A DNA stretch of 64,000 nt from a virus. Below, one piece after another: positions 25,909 to 35,487 of the stretch. The stretch is taken from the IMG/VR virus record IMGVR_UViG_3300014638_000001. One strand, written 5' to 3'. A program made the position numbers and the translations under genes. How positions within the stretch are numbered: position 1 is the stretch's first letter; every line of letters begins with the position of its first letter. Under the pieces are notes generated by a model, which saw only the letters and a program-made list of their open reading frames with translations, was not told the DNA's origin and searched no databases.

Positions 25909-27036
25909 ATGAGCTTTCGGCCGAACCTCGACCGAAACCTTGTCCAGGGCTGGCTAAACGACCGCGTGCGCCAAGCGCTCGACTCGCGCACTTACTGGGC
26001 TGACTTACTGTCTCACGGAGTCCTGTCGATCCCAAACTTCTACAAGAACGGAACCGTAAACGTGACGACTGGATCGACGATCGTCGCCGGCGGGATCCCG
26101 GACACTCAAGGCAACACGACCTCGTGGCCCGTGGATGACAAAGTGAACACCACGGTTGCCTCCGGTATCAATGAAATAGGCTATGTGGTAGTAACTCCGG
26201 TTTCGATGTTGAATATTATGCCCGACACCTATCTCTACGTGGATGCTGCCGGGACTCCGGAGACCGTCGCCGTCGTGCGCACCACGGCGACAACCTTCAC
26301 GGCGCAATTCCAGTTCGTGCACCCAGCGGCCGCGACCACGCTCACGTCTTCCTCTCTCACTGGAATGCAGTTCCGTACCGACGAATCGAGCCCGGTCTTC
26401 ACTGTGACGTCAGTCCAGAATGCAAATCAATTGACTATCGATCTGCCATGGGGCTACAACAACTTGACCAATTCGCCATACCAGATCGTGAAGTCATATT
26501 TCACCTTGGCGCCAGACCTCAAGGATTTGTTGTTCATGATCGACGCCTATCAGGGCATTCCGCTGCGCATCCACGTATCTGTTATGGAGATCAACTGGCG
26601 GGATCCGCAGCGGTCGTCGACCGGGCCGCCGCTAGCTGTTGTTGACCTGGCACCTTCCGCCGGCGGCAGCATGCAATACGAGCTTTGGCCGTGGCAATTC
26701 GGAGCGTACCAGCTCGGGTTCATCTATCAGAAGCAGTGGCCGGATATGCTGAACGACACCGACCGGCCGCCGTGGTTCATTAACCCGAGTGTTTTCATGT
26801 ACGGAGCACTCGCAGATGCGTTGAACTTTAAAGTCAACGAGAAAGACGTGTACCACAACCCGAAGTTGGCGATGCACTACGAGCAGAGATTTATGAGGGG
26901 GCTCGAAGACGCTAAAAATGCCGACGAATCCAAATTCCAGCGCGCGTTCGACTTCAACTTCGAGCAGTTGTTCGGATCGGCCGGAGCCAACTTCTGGCAG
27001 TCGCACGATCCCGATGTGATTTCCTGGAATCTGTAG
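25909..27036 (+). CDS. head-tail adaptor/ring protein paralog 1 with inserted beta domain
   Basis: WLNDRVRQ N-helix; YELWPW..LND TD.PP..VFMYGALA..YEQRF. Confidence 0.6.
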   Translation: MSFRPNLDRNLVQGWLNDRVRQALDSRTYWADLLSHGVLSIPNFYKNGTVNVTTGSTIVAGGIPDTQGNTTSWPVDDKVNTTVASGINEIGYVVVTPVSMLNIMPDTYLYVDAAGTPETVAVVRTTATTFTAQFQFVHPAAATTLTSSSLTGMQFRTDESSPVFTVTSVQNANQLTIDLPWGYNNLTNSPYQIVKSYFTLAPDLKDLLFMIDAYQGIPLRIHVSVMEINWRDPQRSSTGPPLAVVDLAPSAGGSMQYELWPWQFGAYQLGFIYQKQWPDMLNDTDRPPWFINPSVFMYGALADALNFKVNEKDVYHNPKLAMHYEQRFMRGLEDAKNADESKFQRAFDFNFEQLFGSAGANFWQSHDPDVISWNL

Positions 27037-27104
27037 GCCGCAACTATAAGAAATCATTTGTGATGTCAGAAATGACGGATCACAATTGATGGAAGGAGTT
27101 TCGA

Positions 27105-27218
27105 ATGAAGAAGGGAAGACTCAAGAAAGCGAAAATGTACGGTGGCCGCAAGAAGCTGGACAAGGAAGCCCGCGAGACCACACACAGGACCGGCAAGCGC
27201 GGCAAGAAGCGGCGCTAA
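27105..27218 (+). CDS. basic microprotein MKKGRLKKAKMYGGRKKLDKEARETTHRTGKRGKKRR (37 aa)
   Basis: AAGGAG SD. Confidence 0.65.
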   Translation: MKKGRLKKAKMYGGRKKLDKEARETTHRTGKRGKKRR

Positions 27219-27242
27219 CTCAAGTACGAAAAGGACAAGCAC

Positions 27243-27365
27243 ATGCCCAAATTGAAAAAGGATCGGATGTACCGGCACGGCAAGAAGCGCGGGATTCACG
27301 CAATGCACCGCTCGGCGTTGGAAACTGCGCACAAGAGCAAAAGCGTCCGCAAGAAGAAGCGGTAG
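27243..27365 (+). CDS. basic microprotein MPKLKKDRMYRHGKKRG...KSVRKKKR (40 aa)
   Basis: AAGGA SD. Confidence 0.6.
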   Translation: MPKLKKDRMYRHGKKRGIHAMHRSALETAHKSKSVRKKKR

Positions 27366-27366
27366 C

Positions 27367-27384
27367 CACTCCTATATAGGAGTG
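27367..27384. repeat. 18-bp palindrome, copy 5 (perfect)
   Basis: Intergenic. Confidence 0.95.
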
Positions 27385-27395
27385 AGGGAGAGCCT

Positions 27396-27740
27396 ATGAC
27401 CAAAAGTGTCCCTCCTGGACCGAACACGAACGACACCGGCCCACGGTCGGTGGAACACTACATCACGCAGGCTAACCGGCAGAACTTGGGATTCGAGCAT
27501 CCGGTGGCCGCGTTCGCGCGCGCGAAGACGCGAGAGCTGAACCGGCACGATGCTGCCCGGATCGAGCAGAAGAACACCGGTATGCGCCAGAGCAAAGCGG
27601 AGATTATGGCTAACCAGAAGAAGTGGGAAGCCGAGTGCCGGGATCGCGAAGCGATGCGCCACTATGAGCACCACTTCACCGACATGCGCGGGGCGAACAC
27701 GGTGAAGCGCGCCAATATCGTAGTGAAAAAGGTGGAGTAA
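27396..27740 (+). CDS. hypothetical protein, 114 aa
   Basis: GGGAG SD. Confidence 0.7.
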   Translation: MTKSVPPGPNTNDTGPRSVEHYITQANRQNLGFEHPVAAFARAKTRELNRHDAARIEQKNTGMRQSKAEIMANQKKWEAECRDREAMRHYEHHFTDMRGANTVKRANIVVKKVE

Positions 27741-27743
27741 CCC

Positions 27744-28025
27744 GTGCCGACCACCGTTGATGAGCGCACCCCTGAAGGGATGGTAACGTACATTATCACG
27801 TACGCCCTGCCAGACGGGCACATCATTGAGTGTTATCGTCAGGATTTTGCGCCCACAAATGACTTAGACGAGGCCCATTCGTGGTTATTGCGAAAAGCTA
27901 AGATGGAAAAGGAACTCTTTGATGGATGGAATGCCGAGCATGGATTTGTGCCAAATCCCGTTCCATACGTCGCGGGGAACTGGGGATGGAAGGCGTATGT
28001 GAAGGCGGAGGCGGTCAGTACGTGA
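27744..28025 (+). CDS. hypothetical protein, 93 aa
   Basis: GGAG SD, GTG start. Confidence 0.65.
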   Translation: MPTTVDERTPEGMVTYIITYALPDGHIIECYRQDFAPTNDLDEAHSWLLRKAKMEKELFDGWNAEHGFVPNPVPYVAGNWGWKAYVKAEAVST

Positions 28026-28676
28026 ATGCCTCAATATCAGCTCCAAGACTTGGACGCCCGCGTTCTCGACCGGTTGGAGGGAAACTCGCTGTTCTACGTC
28101 CAGACGGAACGCTACAACGCCATCAACGAAGCACTGCGCGTTCTCAACGTCTTCACGGGGTTCACTCAGGCTGTGGTTTCGGTGCCGGGCGGTACGCAAA
28201 TCGGCCGGTACATTTACGATCAGCCGGCGGGTCTACTCTTTCCCATGGCGGTGGCCTTCAACAACCGGCAGTTGCGGCGCACGACGTTTCGCGCGCTCAC
28301 CCAGCGCTACCGGCTCTGGTATCAGGACACGGCTACAAGCTTCGGGCCTGTGGCGGAATGGTGGCCGATCGGCACGCAGAAGTTCGGCATCCACCCGGCT
28401 GACGTCATTGGCGGGCTCCCGCTCGCCATTGTCGGCGTCGTCGAGCCGACGCTGTTGGTCAATCCCACGGACGTCATTGACCTGCCGGATGAGTACACCC
28501 AGATCATCGATGACTACGCGGCACACGTGTTGCAGTTGAAGGAAGGTGGAAAGATCTTTGCCGACGCGAGTTTGCTCTACCAGAAGTTCCTGAGTGTCAT
28601 GAAGGATTACGGCCGCTGGCGCTATTTGGTCCAGCCCCGGTACTGGATTGAGGCGCAGGCTGTCAAGAAGGGCTGA
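28026..28676 (+). CDS. head-tail adaptor/ring protein paralog 2
   Basis: YNAINEALR..LPDEYTQIIDDYAAH..LYQKF. Confidence 0.7.
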   Translation: MPQYQLQDLDARVLDRLEGNSLFYVQTERYNAINEALRVLNVFTGFTQAVVSVPGGTQIGRYIYDQPAGLLFPMAVAFNNRQLRRTTFRALTQRYRLWYQDTATSFGPVAEWWPIGTQKFGIHPADVIGGLPLAIVGVVEPTLLVNPTDVIDLPDEYTQIIDDYAAHVLQLKEGGKIFADASLLYQKFLSVMKDYGRWRYLVQPRYWIEAQAVKKG

Positions 28677-29509
28677 TGACTTACGTGTCCGACATATACG
28701 ATGCCGTGTGCGCTGTGCTTTTGGAACCCGTGTTGTCCAACTTACCGGAGACGACCGGCTTGCAGCTTGGTATGCTTACCGTCGACCAATTTCTCGGGTT
28801 CTTTTCTAGCGCGTTCAAGGACTTTACTCAGGAATCCGGGCTTGTCAAAAAGTTATTTTGCCAGGCCGTGACAAACGGCACAGGAGTATACACGGAAGCC
28901 GACGCCCAGATGCAGGTTGAGGATGTATTCTACAACAACCGTTTCCTGAGTCCGACGGATTCTTACAATCTCGATGCGCTGTTCCTTAACTGGCGGACCG
29001 CTACTGGCGCACCGCAAACCTGGAATGAAGATCGCGTCACCGTGAAAGCGATCCAACTCGTGCCGGCGCCGATCATCAACGGGAATACAGTCGGCGTGTC
29101 GGCGAACTACTTCGGCACACTCAGTGCCGTGACGAATCCAGTCAACTTCACCTTCAGTACCACAGCACCGTTTTACGGGACGATCAGTAGCTATTCCGGT
29201 GGGTCTTATCTGGATCCGATTTCGGCCGAGTTTGGGACAGTCAGCAACTTGGTTCCGTCTAGCGCGAACCTGATGATGTCATCGACGGCGCTCCCAGTGC
29301 AGAGTAAAACCTACGCGCTCACGGATCTGATTCAAGGGATACCGGACAGCTTCACGGTGTATCTGAAGTACGGCGTGCTCGAGCGTGTTTTCAAGATGGA
29401 TGGAGAAATGAAGGATGAACTCCGAGCACGCTATTGCGCTGCTCGTTTCCAGGAAGGCGTTAACCTCGCGCGCGCCATCATGCAGGAAGTCGAAGAGGAA
29501 AAAATGTAA
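28676..29509 (+). CDS. head-tail adaptor/ring protein paralog 3
   Basis: WRTATGAPQ..IPDSFTVYLKYGVLERVFKMDGE. Confidence 0.7.
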   Translation: MTYVSDIYDAVCAVLLEPVLSNLPETTGLQLGMLTVDQFLGFFSSAFKDFTQESGLVKKLFCQAVTNGTGVYTEADAQMQVEDVFYNNRFLSPTDSYNLDALFLNWRTATGAPQTWNEDRVTVKAIQLVPAPIINGNTVGVSANYFGTLSAVTNPVNFTFSTTAPFYGTISSYSGGSYLDPISAEFGTVSNLVPSSANLMMSSTALPVQSKTYALTDLIQGIPDSFTVYLKYGVLERVFKMDGEMKDELRARYCAARFQEGVNLARAIMQEVEEEKM

Positions 29510-29772
29510 TGGCCACACCAGTCATCACTCTCACACCGCGGCCAATCTTCAAGGAAGATTGCTCGCTAACAATCTCGCCAGTGCCGGTTACAACGAGTGC
29601 TAACGTACTCACCGCTTCCGGGAGCGTCCCGGCGACGGTGCATGCGATGGATATCGTGTTCTACAGCTCGCTCGTAGTCGCTGCCAACGACGCTGCAGCG
29701 GCGGCCGCCGGCGTCGCCGTTGGACAGCTCTACGTGACCGGATCGAGCGTGCTGCAAACCAGGATGACCTGA
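29509..29772 (+). CDS. small tail-associated protein, 87 aa
   Basis: C-terminal ANDAAAAAAGVAVGQLYVTG motif; coupled. Confidence 0.7.
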   Translation: MATPVITLTPRPIFKEDCSLTISPVPVTTSANVLTASGSVPATVHAMDIVFYSSLVVAANDAAAAAAGVAVGQLYVTGSSVLQTRMT

Positions 29773-29912
29773 TGGAAAACGACAAACTTCAAGACATCAT
29801 CATCGAGGTTCCAATCGCCGAAAACGACGAAGACGCAAAAGCCAAAAACGTGCGTCAGGGGGAACTATATTCCACTCCAGATGGCGAACTTCGGGTCAGG
29901 ATGCTTGAATGA
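29772..29912 (+). CDS. small protein, 46 aa (MENDKLQD...ENDEDAKAKNVRQGELYSTPDGELRVRMLE)
   Basis: Coupled at both ends (TGATG, ATGA); not in the ORF track. Confidence 0.65.
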   Translation: MENDKLQDIIIEVPIAENDEDAKAKNVRQGELYSTPDGELRVRMLE

Positions 29913-32900
29913 ATCAACCGGCGCCATACAAACAAACCACGAAGGTCTTCGGCAACATGGGGATGGTCACGAAGTTGGACCCTGCCCAGTTGCAAGAGGG
30001 CATGTTCCAGCAATTAAACAACTTAGTGAGCTTACAGGAAGGCGCCATCGTCACTCGCAACGGGTTTTTCCGTATCAATTCAACGCCGCTGACGGACAAT
30101 TTCGGCAATGTTCTCGATTTCATCCACGTGCTGGCTAGGTTGGCAACGGGATCTAACGCAGCGAACAACTATCGCTACTTGGGCAGTGGCCAGCAAATCT
30201 TTCGTGTGTCCTCGACGGTGAATCCGATCGCCGGCTATGCCGTGGCGACGCTAGGCAATGGCACCAACCTCAACGAATTTGGCGCCTACTGGAGCATGGT
30301 GGCGTACCGCAAGAACTCAAGCGGATTGCCTTACGCCTACTTTGCTACTCCGACGCTGATGCTCAAAGACGTGTTGACGGACACGCCTAATGGCAATCTG
30401 CAGCCACTCGAGAAGTTTGGAATCGATCGCCCAGTGTTCCCGATGCGCGCGGCAATCGGCGCCGCCCTGCCGACGACCACCAGCAGCGGAAGCTGCAACA
30501 CCCAGCTTTACACGGTCATCAATGTCAGCGGCAGCCCATTCAGCATTTCCTGGGGATCCGGCACACCCATCACCATCAATGGGCAGCCTTACGTGATCAC
30601 CGCGGTCCAGGACGTGAACCACTTAACCATCCAGACCTCGGCCGGATATCAGAACGGGGTCGGTTTCACTGTTACGTTTGCCACCAATCCTGGCCCGAAT
30701 GCGACGATCACCGACTACACCTACGTTTACACCTTTAGGAATCCAATCACGGGGGCAGAATCCAACCCTTCTATGTTCATGGTCACCGGCCTGTCACCGG
30801 TGAACCAAGCTGTCAATTTGACGATCAGCCCGATCTGCCCGGCGCCGCAACAGCCGAACGACATCACTCAGGCCGTCTACGTCGATCCACAGATCTATGG
30901 CCCGAATTCGATTGCGATCTACCGCGCTGGCGGCTCTTTTGCTGACAACTTCTATCGTTTAATCGGCTATACGCAAGCCAACACAAACACCGTAACTGGA
31001 AGTCAAGTAAGCACTTCGGGCTACAATGTCGCACTCACCACTGGAGCGTTTTTCAATATCAACTGGCCGACCGGAACCCCCATCACGATCAACAACGTCG
31101 TGTATACGATTCAGCAGGTGACTTCCACGACGGCACTTACGTTGCAGCAGTCAGCCGGCACCCAGACCAATGTCGCCTATTCTCAGACGTTCAGCCTGTC
31201 GACCGACGTGACTTTCATCGACACAATGTCGGATGCGGCGATCGCCAGCAACCCACAGGCGCAATTCGACAATGATCCGCCGGTCACTTCCACCTTGCCG
31301 ATTGCGTTTTCTGCCAGCATCAACGCCTTTGTTTCTGGTGGCACGGCAGGCAATATGGCCGAATATACCCTGACCGTCAACCAGGGATTCGCACCTGGCC
31401 AAACCGACCTCGCGGAAGTTCTGCGGCCGGGCACCGCATTGAGTATCGGGACAGGCAACACACAAGAATTCGCCGTGCTTGAAGCGATTACCGGCAACCT
31501 GCAGATCCGGACTTTCTTCCAGTACACGCACAGTACCGGGGAGACTGTAAGCACTGGCAGCGTCTCGAACCAGCCTTGCAGTCTCTCGGCGCTGGCTTTC
31601 AACTCGCTATTCCTCGCCGGCGACGTAAACAACCCGACCTATCTCTACAAGTCCAAGACTGGCATCCCGGAGTCCTTCCCCGTTGTGGACCTCGAAGATG
31701 GCTCGCCGGGGTCGATCGAAGTCGGCAGCCCGTCGAATCCGATCATCGCCATCACGGAATTCAACGGACAAATCGTTTGCCTAAATCGCGACAACATTTT
31801 CGTAGTCAACGTCTGGAATGGGGCGATGACGGATCCGATCATCTCGCCGGCGCAGCGCGGGCTGTACGGCCAACAGGCATGGTGCAAGGTCGACAATGCC
31901 ATCTGGTACGTCTCCTATGATGGCATCTACGCCTGGTCCGGCGGCCCATCCACTAAAATGAGCGAGCCGATCGACCCCTTTTTCAAAGGTGAGACGGTCA
32001 ACCAATTCGCCCCGGTCAGTTTCAGTACGGTCCCGGACGGCAATGGCGTAAGCGACGTCGCCTTCATGCAATTGAGTTACTTCCGCAATGAGGTGAGATT
32101 CCTCTACCGGGACACCGCCGGCAACACGCCCCTGCTTCGCTACCATACCATCTACAACCGCTGGTCAATCGATACGCTTTATGTCACGGACACTTATGCG
32201 ACGACGCCGTTGTCGATGTTGTTTGAAGAAGATACCGGTGATTTGCTGGTTGGCACCATCGAAAGCTCGAGCGGTGGGCCTTTCCAGGGTTATCTGAATC
32301 AGATGGACATGCCGATCACGTCCACTGCGCTGGACACGACCGATGGATTCACCGATGCCGCCCAGGACAACGGGCATCCGATCTCATGGTTTCTACTCAC
32401 GAATTTCTACACCTTGGGAATGCCGTCATTACAGAAGCAGTTCGGCGACATCGTGTTTGAGCTGCAAAATCCTTCAACCGTGACAGTGAACGTTTACTAT
32501 GATTTCTCAACCACGCCGGATCCTATTGACGTGTTCGTCATCCCGCAAGCCGTTGGACGGCGCCGCGTGGTGCTGCCACTGAAATCTGGGTCCGCCCAGG
32601 AAGCCTACGCGATCGCCTTCAAGATCAGCGGCACAACCGCGACTCCCGTGACGCTGTACACGATCACGTTTAATTACCTGCCACTGGAGCAGATCCAGCT
32701 CGGTCGCGCGCTCGACTGGGACAACCTTGGTTGGCCGTACGACAAGAAACTGCAGCAGCTCACTATCGAATATGACACTCAAGGGGAAGCAGTCACGCTG
32801 AACCTCGACATGTCGAGCGGGATCAGCCCAGCGCTCGAGACCCAAACGTTCCAGACCGTCACCTTGCGGAGTCCAACAAGCACGCTGGCAGTTGGCCCGG

Positions 32901-33712
32901 TGCGCAATCGGGACAACTTCCCGATCCCGAATGATGTGATTTGCAAAGCCATCCGGCTCCGACCAACGCCGCCTTCGACGAATTTCAAAGTTTGGGACTA
33001 TGGTTTTGATTTCATCAAATATCCTCCAGACAAGGTCCTCTTTACGGACTGGGAAGATCTGGGGTACCTGTGTGATAAAGTGTTTCGCGAGATCCTGCTC
33101 ACGATCGATACGGGCTCCGTCGATTGTGAAGTGGACCTCTGGTTGGACGGTGTGGAGCGCCAGAGCTGGTACATCAATACCTCGACGATTGATCGCGATC
33201 GGATATTAACAACCTCCAGCGATATCGTGGGGAAAAGTGTCCGTCTGGTCTTCACACCGGCAGCCGGGGGTAAAGCCCAGCTTTTCAATTACAAGTACAA
33301 CTGGATTGTCGACCCATGCGCCGTGTTGCACTGGGATTCGTATGAAACGGCTTTTCAGTACGATGGCTTCAAGTTCATCAAACAAGTCTGGGTGGAGTAC
33401 GTGTGCGAAAGTTCATTGACGGTCAAGATCTTCCGGGATATGAATCAGCAATTCCTCTCGACAACATTGCCGCCGCACACGTACCGCAACGTCGAACGCT
33501 TCTATTTGCCGCCGATTTCCACGAGTGGGTATACGAACAAGAGCAAGGTCTACCGGTTCACCATCGATCCGTGCAACACCTGTTCGCCGTTCAAGCTCTA
33601 TAAGGACGGCACGAAAGTGGAAGTCATGTACTTGTCCGGCGACCAGCGCCAGGGTTATCAGCAGCAGCCGCTCTGGGAGAAGATTCCCATTGATGTGCCG
33701 CCTGGAGCTTAG
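29909..33712 (+). CDS. tail nozzle/stabilisation protein (P22 gp10 / T7 gp12-like beta-propeller), 1267 aa
   Basis: FGNMGMVTKLDP..LQEG..LNNL N-terminus; LFLAG..LYKSKTG.PESFP; IIAITEF; WYVSYDGIYAW. Confidence 0.8.
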   Translation: MNQPAPYKQTTKVFGNMGMVTKLDPAQLQEGMFQQLNNLVSLQEGAIVTRNGFFRINSTPLTDNFGNVLDFIHVLARLATGSNAANNYRYLGSGQQIFRVSSTVNPIAGYAVATLGNGTNLNEFGAYWSMVAYRKNSSGLPYAYFATPTLMLKDVLTDTPNGNLQPLEKFGIDRPVFPMRAAIGAALPTTTSSGSCNTQLYTVINVSGSPFSISWGSGTPITINGQPYVITAVQDVNHLTIQTSAGYQNGVGFTVTFATNPGPNATITDYTYVYTFRNPITGAESNPSMFMVTGLSPVNQAVNLTISPICPAPQQPNDITQAVYVDPQIYGPNSIAIYRAGGSFADNFYRLIGYTQANTNTVTGSQVSTSGYNVALTTGAFFNINWPTGTPITINNVVYTIQQVTSTTALTLQQSAGTQTNVAYSQTFSLSTDVTFIDTMSDAAIASNPQAQFDNDPPVTSTLPIAFSASINAFVSGGTAGNMAEYTLTVNQGFAPGQTDLAEVLRPGTALSIGTGNTQEFAVLEAITGNLQIRTFFQYTHSTGETVSTGSVSNQPCSLSALAFNSLFLAGDVNNPTYLYKSKTGIPESFPVVDLEDGSPGSIEVGSPSNPIIAITEFNGQIVCLNRDNIFVVNVWNGAMTDPIISPAQRGLYGQQAWCKVDNAIWYVSYDGIYAWSGGPSTKMSEPIDPFFKGETVNQFAPVSFSTVPDGNGVSDVAFMQLSYFRNEVRFLYRDTAGNTPLLRYHTIYNRWSIDTLYVTDTYATTPLSMLFEEDTGDLLVGTIESSSGGPFQGYLNQMDMPITSTALDTTDGFTDAAQDNGHPISWFLLTNFYTLGMPSLQKQFGDIVFELQNPSTVTVNVYYDFSTTPDPIDVFVIPQAVGRRRVVLPLKSGSAQEAYAIAFKISGTTATPVTLYTITFNYLPLEQIQLGRALDWDNLGWPYDKKLQQLTIEYDTQGEAVTLNLDMSSGISPALETQTFQTVTLRSPTSTLAVGPVRNRDNFPIPNDVICKAIRLRPTPPSTNFKVWDYGFDFIKYPPDKVLFTDWEDLGYLCDKVFREILLTIDTGSVDCEVDLWLDGVERQSWYINTSTIDRDRILTTSSDIVGKSVRLVFTPAAGGKAQLFNYKYNWIVDPCAVLHWDSYETAFQYDGFKFIKQVWVEYVCESSLTVKIFRDMNQQFLSTTLPPHTYRNVERFYLPPISTSGYTNKSKVYRFTIDPCNTCSPFKLYKDGTKVEVMYLSGDQRQGYQQQPLWEKIPIDVPPGA

Positions 33713-33714
33713 TT

Positions 33715-34032
33715 ATGGCAACACCATCCAACCAGCAGTTCTCGTTTGTCACAATCACAAAGACTGACCTGGAAAAAGGAGACCCGACCCGGCTCAATCA
33801 GGCGCTGCGCTTCATTGCCGAGCAGTTGGCCGCGACACAGGGTGGCCAGGGGCCGTTCACCTTCAAGGCCGGGCCGTTTACGTTCAACGGGAAGGTGACG
33901 GTGAACGGCGGCCTAGTGGTGGTGCTGCCGAAATTCAGTGGGAACCAGGCCGCTAAGGCCGGCGGTTTGGTAGTGGGCCAGCTTTATCAATCAACCGGGT
34001 CTTCAGTTGGTCAGGTAATGGTCGTATACTAG
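33715..34032 (+). CDS. tail-associated protein, 105 aa
   Basis: C-terminal GNQAAKAGGLVVGQLYQSTG motif. Confidence 0.7.
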   Translation: MATPSNQQFSFVTITKTDLEKGDPTRLNQALRFIAEQLAATQGGQGPFTFKAGPFTFNGKVTVNGGLVVVLPKFSGNQAAKAGGLVVGQLYQSTGSSVGQVMVVY

Positions 34033-34050
34033 CGCAAGAAGGAGAAATCG

Positions 34051-34254
34051 ATGAAACTCACGGGGTTTAATCTGCAGTCCAAGGATCACGAAAACGGGCA
34101 GCTTGTATTCCAGCATGCTTTTAGCGGCAACTGTTTCACGATTGCGGCGACGCCAGAAGAGATGCGCCACTATCGCATTGGCGAGTACTACGATTTGCAT
34201 TTTGCATTGAACAACTTACACCACGAGAAAGCCAGCGGAGCGCAGGCCGCGTAG
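34051..34254 (+). CDS. hypothetical protein, 67 aa
   Basis: AAGGAG SD. Confidence 0.65.
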   Translation: MKLTGFNLQSKDHENGQLVFQHAFSGNCFTIAATPEEMRHYRIGEYYDLHFALNNLHHEKASGAQAA

Positions 34255-34257
34255 CAA

Positions 34258-34899
34258 ATGTTCATCGCCAAAATCCCGGAATTCAAAGGCCAACTTTCTG
34301 TCGTCGTCCACCGGGCGAATGGCAGCACCGAAAAAGAGCGTATCGTCTCCAGCGATATGCTCTACACGCAGCCACGCAGCTTCTGGCGGGCTTTGTGGCG
34401 CCGGTTGAGGCGAGAGGCCCAGATCCCCGCGGCGATGGGTTTCACGGCCTTCCTGGCGTGGATGCTGGATCACGAATTCGGCGTCAGGGCGCCCATGATG
34501 TACAGCTTGGTGACGACCGCCGGGGTCAACTACCTCTGCAATAACTTCGCCAATGCCGGCGGCGCCAATGTCGCCAACTTCCTGTACCACGAAACTGGCA
34601 CCAGCAACACGCCAGCGACCATCAGCCAGACTGATTTGAGCGCTCCGATCAGCCAAGCGCGTGTCGCGGGCTCGAACAGCAATCCGGCCGCCGGGCAGTT
34701 CCTCAGTTCAGCCACGATCGCCTACAGCAACACGTACACGCTTCAGGAATGGGGTCTGTACTCATCTCTCGGTGCTGGGTTGCCGCCGACCGGTGGAACG
34801 CTCTGGGACCGTCGGGTAATTTCGCCACCACAGGGCGTGAATTCCGGAGATTCTGTTACTTATTCCTATCTCGCGATTGCTACGGCGGGTGGCTCTTAG
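34258..34899 (+). CDS. putative tail structural protein
   Basis: LVTTAGVNY..GTSNTPATISQTDL..LQEWGLY..LWDRRV. Confidence 0.7.
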   Translation: MFIAKIPEFKGQLSVVVHRANGSTEKERIVSSDMLYTQPRSFWRALWRRLRREAQIPAAMGFTAFLAWMLDHEFGVRAPMMYSLVTTAGVNYLCNNFANAGGANVANFLYHETGTSNTPATISQTDLSAPISQARVAGSNSNPAAGQFLSSATIAYSNTYTLQEWGLYSSLGAGLPPTGGTLWDRRVISPPQGVNSGDSVTYSYLAIATAGGS

Positions 34900-34944
34900 T
34901 AGTTGACATTTATTCCTCGTAAGTCATTGAAAAAATAGATTCAG

Positions 34945-34968
34945 TTGACAGAAATTACGCGCTATCCT
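34945..34968 (+). promoter_or_regulatory. TTGACA-GAAATTACGCGC(12)-TATCCT promoter-like site
   Basis: Intergenic; matches the short-spacer class. Confidence 0.55.
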
Positions 34969-34995
34969 TCTCTCTGAAAAGGTTGGAGGGAATTC

Positions 34996-35430
34996 ATGAA
35001 AGCGTATGCTACCAGCGGCCAGGTTACCGGGGCTTCGACCAAAACCATCATCTCACTGCGGGCCACCTCCTCGCGCCGCCCGAAACTACTTCAGGTTGTC
35101 ATTGGATGCGAGGGCACGCCGGCTGACAACGTGGCTGAGTTCGCAATTCGCCGCTTCACCGTCGATGGCACCGGCACGGTCGGTAGCTGCTACCAGGCTG
35201 ATCTTGCTGATGGCACCCCTGTGGTCACGACCCAAAACAACTACACCACCGAGCCGACGTACATTGGCGGCAACATGTATGAGATCTCGCTTAACCAGCG
35301 CGCCACGGTGATTTGGAATGCACCACTCGGCGCCGAACCATCAGTGACGCTCGGTAGCGGCGGCATCGGCATCCAGGCGATCACGGCACCAACTCTGCCA
35401 TACACAATCGGACTTTTGTGGGATGAATAG
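34996..35430 (+). CDS. putative virion structural protein, 144 aa
   Basis: GGAGG SD; beta-rich. Confidence 0.7.
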   Translation: MKAYATSGQVTGASTKTIISLRATSSRRPKLLQVVIGCEGTPADNVAEFAIRRFTVDGTGTVGSCYQADLADGTPVVTTQNNYTTEPTYIGGNMYEISLNQRATVIWNAPLGAEPSVTLGSGGIGIQAITAPTLPYTIGLLWDE

Positions 35431-35487
35431 ACTCAATAGCTTACGTGTTATTGATGGTACTTGGTAGGAGTGATATAATGACTCATT

